A stretch of 64,000 nt of DNA from contig JAWWCR010000001.1 in assembly GCA_033720355.1 (NCBI GenBank), positions 10,364 to 74,363 on the forward strand. Direction: 5' to 3'. Both the position numbers and the translations under genes were made by a program. The notes beneath the pieces were generated by a model that did no database searches, was not told where the DNA came from, and saw only the letters and a program-made list of their open reading frames with translations. The stretch's first letter is position 1. The number at the start of each line of letters is the position of its first letter. Shown one piece after another: positions 60,342 to 64,000 of this stretch. This DNA comes from Gemmatimonadota bacterium (GTDB lineage: Bacteria; Gemmatimonadota; Gemmatimonadetes; Palauibacterales; Palauibacteraceae).

Positions 60342-61018
60342 CACTCGCTCTCCATCCCTCCGGCATCGGTTGCCACCGCGGCGGCGAGGCGCTCGACCCG
60401 CTCGGCGCTGCGTCGCGAGAACACACGTGCCACCTCGCGGCCGGCGGCGAGCCCGGCGAGTCCGCCGGCGACGAGAATCCCGACCAGCCCCGGGCCCCCG
60501 ACCCCGAGCGAGCCGGCCGTGACCAGCGCCCCCATCGCCACGAGGTTCGTCGGAAGGATGTACATGAGACGCCGCGCGCGGTCGTTCACGCGCTCGTGGA
60601 CGCCGACACGGAGCCGCCCGTCCGCCTGCGAGACCGTGACCTGCGTCGTGGCGGCTGACGAGCGCGAGGTCCAGCGGACCGTATCGAGCGCCTCCGTGAC
60701 GGCTCCCGGCTCCCCGACACGGTCCTCGATCGCGCCGACCAGCCGGGAAAGCGCGACCCGGTCGAGAGCCGCGGCCGTCTCGTGGGTCGCGCGCCGGGAG
60801 GCGGGCGGAAAGAACGAGGATCCGGAGACGCTCGCACTCGCCTCGAGCTCGTCCAGCGCCCGTCTTACCGCGTCGGATCCGATCCCGGCCTCCCGCGCGA
60901 TCTCGACGATCTCCGACTCGGCGACCCCACCCGCGCCGCCGGCGGTCGTCTCGATCTCGACCGCGCGCCGCAGGACGAGCGCGACCTCTCGATCCGAGTA
61001 GGACCGCTCCGGAGTCAC
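60341..61018 (-). CDS. Hypothetical protein with C-terminal Gly-rich TM segment
   Basis: 225-aa ORF of non-shadow composition. The N-terminal part is helical (EIVEIAREAGIGSDAVRRALDELE, HTH-like). The C-terminal part is LVAMGALVTAGSLGVGGPGLVGILVAGGLAGLAAG. It is translationally coupled to the amidohydrolase. Confidence 0.5.
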   Translation of the reverse strand: MTPERSYSDREVALVLRRAVEIETTAGGAGGVAESEIVEIAREAGIGSDAVRRALDELEASASVSGSSFFPPASRRATHETAAALDRVALSRLVGAIEDRVGEPGAVTEALDTVRWTSRSSAATTQVTVSQADGRLRVGVHERVNDRARRLMYILPTNLVAMGALVTAGSLGVGGPGLVGILVAGGLAGLAAGREVARVFSRRSAERVERLAAAVATDAGGMESE

Positions 61019-61188
61019 GGCTCGGATCGATCCGGAGCTGTTCCGGTCCGGCCTGCGGGTCGACGTTCCACCGAACGGTGCGGGCGCATGGGCTGATGGT
61101 CAGGATGCACCGACGCGCCCGCAAGACGCGGTTTGCCTCGGGTCCCCTGTAAACCCTCGGGCGCTCTCGTGCCACTAACAGGGCGATC

Positions 61189-61743
61189 ATGGAGACTGCA
61201 ATCGAACACGCCGTCGGGGACGACGCCCCGGACCTTCTCGTCGAGCGAGCGCGACGCCGCGACACGCGGGCGTTCGAGTCGCTCTATCGAGAGCACCGCG
61301 GGCGCGTCTACGCGCTGGCGCTCCGGCTGACACGCGACGCGCAGGCCGCGGAGGATCTGACGCAGGACGCCTTCGTGCGCGCGTGGAAGGGTCTCCCGGG
61401 CTTCCGGGGCGACAGCCGGTTCACGACATGGCTCCACACGATCACGGTGCGCGCGCACCTCAAGAACCAGCGGACCAGGCAGAGACGCGCCGCGCGCGAG
61501 GTCACGGATGGCGAGATCGAGACGTACGCCTTCACCGCGCGACGGGCGCTCGAGGGGACGGACATCGACCTCGAGCGGGCGATCGCGAGCCTGCCGGATG
61601 GCGCTCGCGAGGTGCTCGTCCTCTACGACATCCACGGGTATCGACACCGCGAAATCGGATCGATGCTCGGGATCGCCGAGGGGACGGCGAAGGCTCAGCT
61701 CCACCGGGCGCGCAAGCTCGTGCGCCGGTACCTGGACGGATGA
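61189..61743 (+). CDS. ECF-type RNA polymerase sigma factor (sigma-2)
   Basis: 184-aa ORF. FESLYREHRGRVYALALRLTRDAQAAEDLTQDAFVRAW is region 2. LPDGAREVLVLYDIHGYRHREIGSMLGIAEGTAKAQLHRARKLV is region 4. Confidence 0.85.
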   Translation: METAIEHAVGDDAPDLLVERARRRDTRAFESLYREHRGRVYALALRLTRDAQAAEDLTQDAFVRAWKGLPGFRGDSRFTTWLHTITVRAHLKNQRTRQRRAAREVTDGEIETYAFTARRALEGTDIDLERAIASLPDGAREVLVLYDIHGYRHREIGSMLGIAEGTAKAQLHRARKLVRRYLDG

Positions 61744-61785
61744 AGAGAGACGGAAGACGCCGGCCTGTCCGGCAGGATAGCGACG

Positions 61786-62250
61786 ATGAGTGACACGAAG
61801 GGGATGGACGATCTGATCGAGCGCCTCGCCGCGCTTCCCAACGAGGCCGATCCCGGGACCGATGGCTGGCCCGGCATCGAGCGGCGGATCGGGCGCCGCG
61901 GGGTGCGGGCTCGCTGGATACGGGCCGCGGCCGCGGTCGTGATCTTCGGGGCCGGCGCGGCCGGCGGGTTCATGGCGCGCGGGGCGTCCGATACGCCCGA
62001 GCCCGGATCCATCGACGCGGCGCTCGTGCTCGCCGCCGAGGTCCAGCGGACCGGCAGCGAGTATGTGGCCGCCCTCGCGGCGTTCGCGGCGGTCGTCGAT
62101 ACGCTCTCGGCCGACGCGCGCATCCAGGGCCGCGATGCCGCGATCGCCACCCTGTTCGGCGCGGCGCAGGAGCTCGCGGCGCTCGACGGCGGACGGAGTT
62201 CGATAGTGGTGCCAGTCAGGCGCGAGGCCGCCCAACGAGTGCCGTTCTGA
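61786..62250 (+). CDS. Putative anti-sigma factor / single-pass membrane protein
   Basis: 154-aa ORF immediately downstream of sigma-2. It has a short cytoplasmic N-terminus, a TM (WIRAAAAVVIFGAGAAGGFMA) and an Ala-rich helical C-terminal domain. Confidence 0.55.
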   Translation: MSDTKGMDDLIERLAALPNEADPGTDGWPGIERRIGRRGVRARWIRAAAAVVIFGAGAAGGFMARGASDTPEPGSIDAALVLAAEVQRTGSEYVAALAAFAAVVDTLSADARIQGRDAAIATLFGAAQELAALDGGRSSIVVPVRREAAQRVPF

Positions 62251-62279
62251 CGGCTCAGTGCGGTTCGGGAATCGAGGAG

Positions 62280-63398
62280 ATGATGGACACGACGTACAGA
62301 TACCTGGATGGCCGGGGAGCATCGGAGAGTCTCGCCGGCGGGGGGCGGTGGACCAGGTCGGCGAGGATCGTCGCAGTGCTGTTGGCGGCCTCGGCGGCCG
62401 TCGCGGTCGCGCAGACGGGGCAGTGCGCGCGCGGAACGGCGCCGTACGGGAGCCTCGGCATCGGCGAGTTCCACTGCGTCGGGGGGTCGTGCGCGGTCAA
62501 CATGCGCTCGGGCGACCCCTACGCACACTCGTTCTCGACAGAGCCGCGGCTCAGACGGATCGATCCGCGCGGCCCCGGTCGGAATGTCCTTCGCGACGGG
62601 GACGTGCTCGTGGCCGTCGACGGGACCCTCATCACGACCGCGGAGGGCGGTCGGAAGCTCGGCAGCATCAAGGCCGGCGATGACGTGAAGCTCACGCTGC
62701 GGCGAAACGGGCGTGAGATCGACGCATGGCTGACGGCGGTGGCGAGCTGCGATCTGCCGAGGCTGGCGGTGACGAGCGGGACCGGGTTCGACTTCCTCGT
62801 GGGCCCGTCCGGCTACCGCACCCTGTACAGCGACTCGACCTTCGCCGACACGTGGGTCATGACCGATTCCGCGTTCAGCTCCGCCCTCGTCCTCGGACAG
62901 GACGGCGCGGGGTGGAACGTGATGCCGGACTCGGCGTGGTCGCGCTCGTTCTACACGCTGGCCGATTCGAGCGGGCTCGCCATGGGCATCGTCTCCGGAC
63001 TGCCGTTCGGTGTCTCGGACGACGCGTTCGCGGATGGGCAGGCGTTTCTGTACAGCGGCTCCCGGTCGGGGGGCAGACCCCCGGTCGAGTTCGGCGTGGA
63101 GCTGAGCTGTGGCGACTGCGGATGGAGGGGCTCGGGGCCGCTGGCGGTCTTCAGGACCTCGGAGTTCCCGGTCATCGAGTCGGTCGAGAAGGACGGTCCG
63201 GCCGATCGGGCGGGGCTGCTGCCGGGTGACATGCTCTACTCGGTCGAGGGGTCGCCGATCACGTCGAGGGACGCCGGTCAGACTCTCGGCGGCCTCACAC
63301 CGGGCGATGCGGTGACCCTCGAGATCCGCCGCGGCGACAGGATCCTCGAGGTGAGCATCACCCCGCGCGAGGCGTCCGGAAGGCGGCAGCGGATGTAA
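62280..63398 (+). CDS. Exported tandem-PDZ domain protein
   Basis: 372-aa ORF after GAGGAG. TM/signal is IVAVLLAASAAVAVAQ. Two PDZ-like blocks: GDVLVAVDGTLITT...GDDVKLTLRRNGRE, and VEKDGPADRAGLLPGDMLYSVEGSPITS...GDAVTLEIRRGDR. No protease domain seen. Confidence 0.65.
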   Translation: MMDTTYRYLDGRGASESLAGGGRWTRSARIVAVLLAASAAVAVAQTGQCARGTAPYGSLGIGEFHCVGGSCAVNMRSGDPYAHSFSTEPRLRRIDPRGPGRNVLRDGDVLVAVDGTLITTAEGGRKLGSIKAGDDVKLTLRRNGREIDAWLTAVASCDLPRLAVTSGTGFDFLVGPSGYRTLYSDSTFADTWVMTDSAFSSALVLGQDGAGWNVMPDSAWSRSFYTLADSSGLAMGIVSGLPFGVSDDAFADGQAFLYSGSRSGGRPPVEFGVELSCGDCGWRGSGPLAVFRTSEFPVIESVEKDGPADRAGLLPGDMLYSVEGSPITSRDAGQTLGGLTPGDAVTLEIRRGDRILEVSITPREASGRRQRM

Positions 63399-63473
63399 CC
63401 GGCGGGCATCGCCGCCGCCCGACTGGCGGGGGGCTCCGAAGCTGTTAACGTGCCGGGCCAGGCATGCCTATCA

Positions 63474-64000
63474 GTGGATCGGAGCCCCGCGCTGCACCAG
63501 CCAATCGTCGAGTCTGCCGCACCCCCTACCGCCGACGCCTCCGCCCCGCGTCTCGGCACCACGGGGGTCGTCGTCCTCATCGCCGTGTCGCACGGGACGA
63601 TCGATGCGTATTCGGCGTTCCTGCCGCCGCTGTTGCCGCGGATCATGGACAAGCTCGGGCTGTCGATCGCGCTCGCCGCGACGCTCGCGACCGTGCTGTC
63701 GCTGTCGACCTCGCTCATGCAGCCCGCGTTCGGTTATCTGGCGGACCGCTTCGGCCGCCGCCTCTTCCTGTCGACCGGGCCGCTCGTGACGGGCGTGTTT
63801 CTCTCGCTCATCGGGGTCGCGCCGACGTTCACGATCCTCCTCGCCTGTCTGATCCTGGGCGGCATCGGGTCCGCCGCGTTCCACCCGCCGGGGGCGGCGC
63901 TCATCGCACGAGCGTCCGACGGCGGCGGGGCGGGTATGCGGCTCTCGGTGTTCTCGTTCGGGGGGACGGCCGGGTTCGCGATCGGCCCCGTCGCGGCCGT
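63474..64000 (+). CDS. MFS-type transporter, truncated by window edge
   Basis: Not in the track because it runs off the window. Hand translation in the frame of 63561 gives TGVVVLIAVSHGTIDAYSAFLPPLLPRIMDKLGLSIALAATLATVLSLSTSLMQPAFGYLADRFGRRLFLSTGPLVTGVFLSLIGVAP...GGIGSAAFHPPGAA. The GYLADRFGRR motif is typical of MFS. Start is GTG 63474 or 63450. Confidence 0.65.
   Translation, partial: MDRSPALHQPIVESAAPPTADASAPRLGTTGVVVLIAVSHGTIDAYSAFLPPLLPRIMDKLGLSIALAATLATVLSLSTSLMQPAFGYLADRFGRRLFLSTGPLVTGVFLSLIGVAPTFTILLACLILGGIGSAAFHPPGAALIARASDGGGAGMRLSVFSFGGTAGFAIGPVAA

Noticed and set aside
1-64000. Looked for tRNA, rRNA or tRNA-Sec genes, CRISPR arrays, transposases, integrases, phage genes and terminal inverted repeats.
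   Set aside because: I found none by eye: no T-loop-like GGTTCGAATCC-type motifs in intergenic DNA, no regularly spaced repeats, and no recombinase-like ORFs. The only mobile-type element is the vapBC pair, which has no flanking mobility genes.

Overview
Very GC-rich bacterial chromosomal segment, judged by eye. It is densely coding: I support about 56 protein genes. I found no rRNA, tRNA, CRISPR array, transposase or integrase. The gene content is three PadR + 'ADOP'-type duplicated FtsX/MacB-like permease modules, many exported peptidases and amidohydrolases, TolB-like/TPR and beta-propeller lipoproteins, and two ECF sigma / anti-sigma loci. This suggests a Gemmatimonadota- or Acidobacteriota-like organism, which is inference only.

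The long Arg/Pro/Gly-rich ORFs in the track are antisense or off-frame shadows of the real genes. Track coordinates include the stop codon.

Main observations:
1. An exported BCP-type peroxiredoxin is split in the ORF track by a single in-frame TGA. The TGA sits exactly at the peroxidatic-Cys position (TRG-TGA-TVQ versus the TPGCTVQ I recall for E. coli Bcp). A perfect 6-bp hairpin starts 16 nt downstream. This is probably a selenocysteine enzyme with a SECIS-like element, and a CcdA/TlpA-like thiol relay lies next to it.
2. Two paralogous exported proteins fuse a CXXCH haem-c module to a domain carrying the full HH..H..HxH..M ligand pattern of PHM/DBH-type copper monooxygenases. One of them adds an N-terminal CxxS thioredoxin-fold module.
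3. Two M14 carboxypeptidase-like genes lie 5 nt apart. One is intact. The other has lost the HxxE zinc motif and the catalytic Glu, so it is probably a pseudoenzyme partner.
4. Two genes (a Rossmann epimerase and an ECF sigma factor) encode essential N-terminal motifs upstream of any ATG/GTG/TTG. Both have a Shine-Dalgarno sequence placed for a CTG start.
5. A strongly SD-supported 64-codon Cys-containing exported mini-protein lies divergent to the ECF sigma / giant anti-sigma operon.
6. An aminotransferase + SDR + rhodanese + split TPP decarboxylase (ComDE-like) cluster suggests a cysteate/sulfopyruvate route.

All functional calls rest on motifs I read in the translations. No database search was possible.
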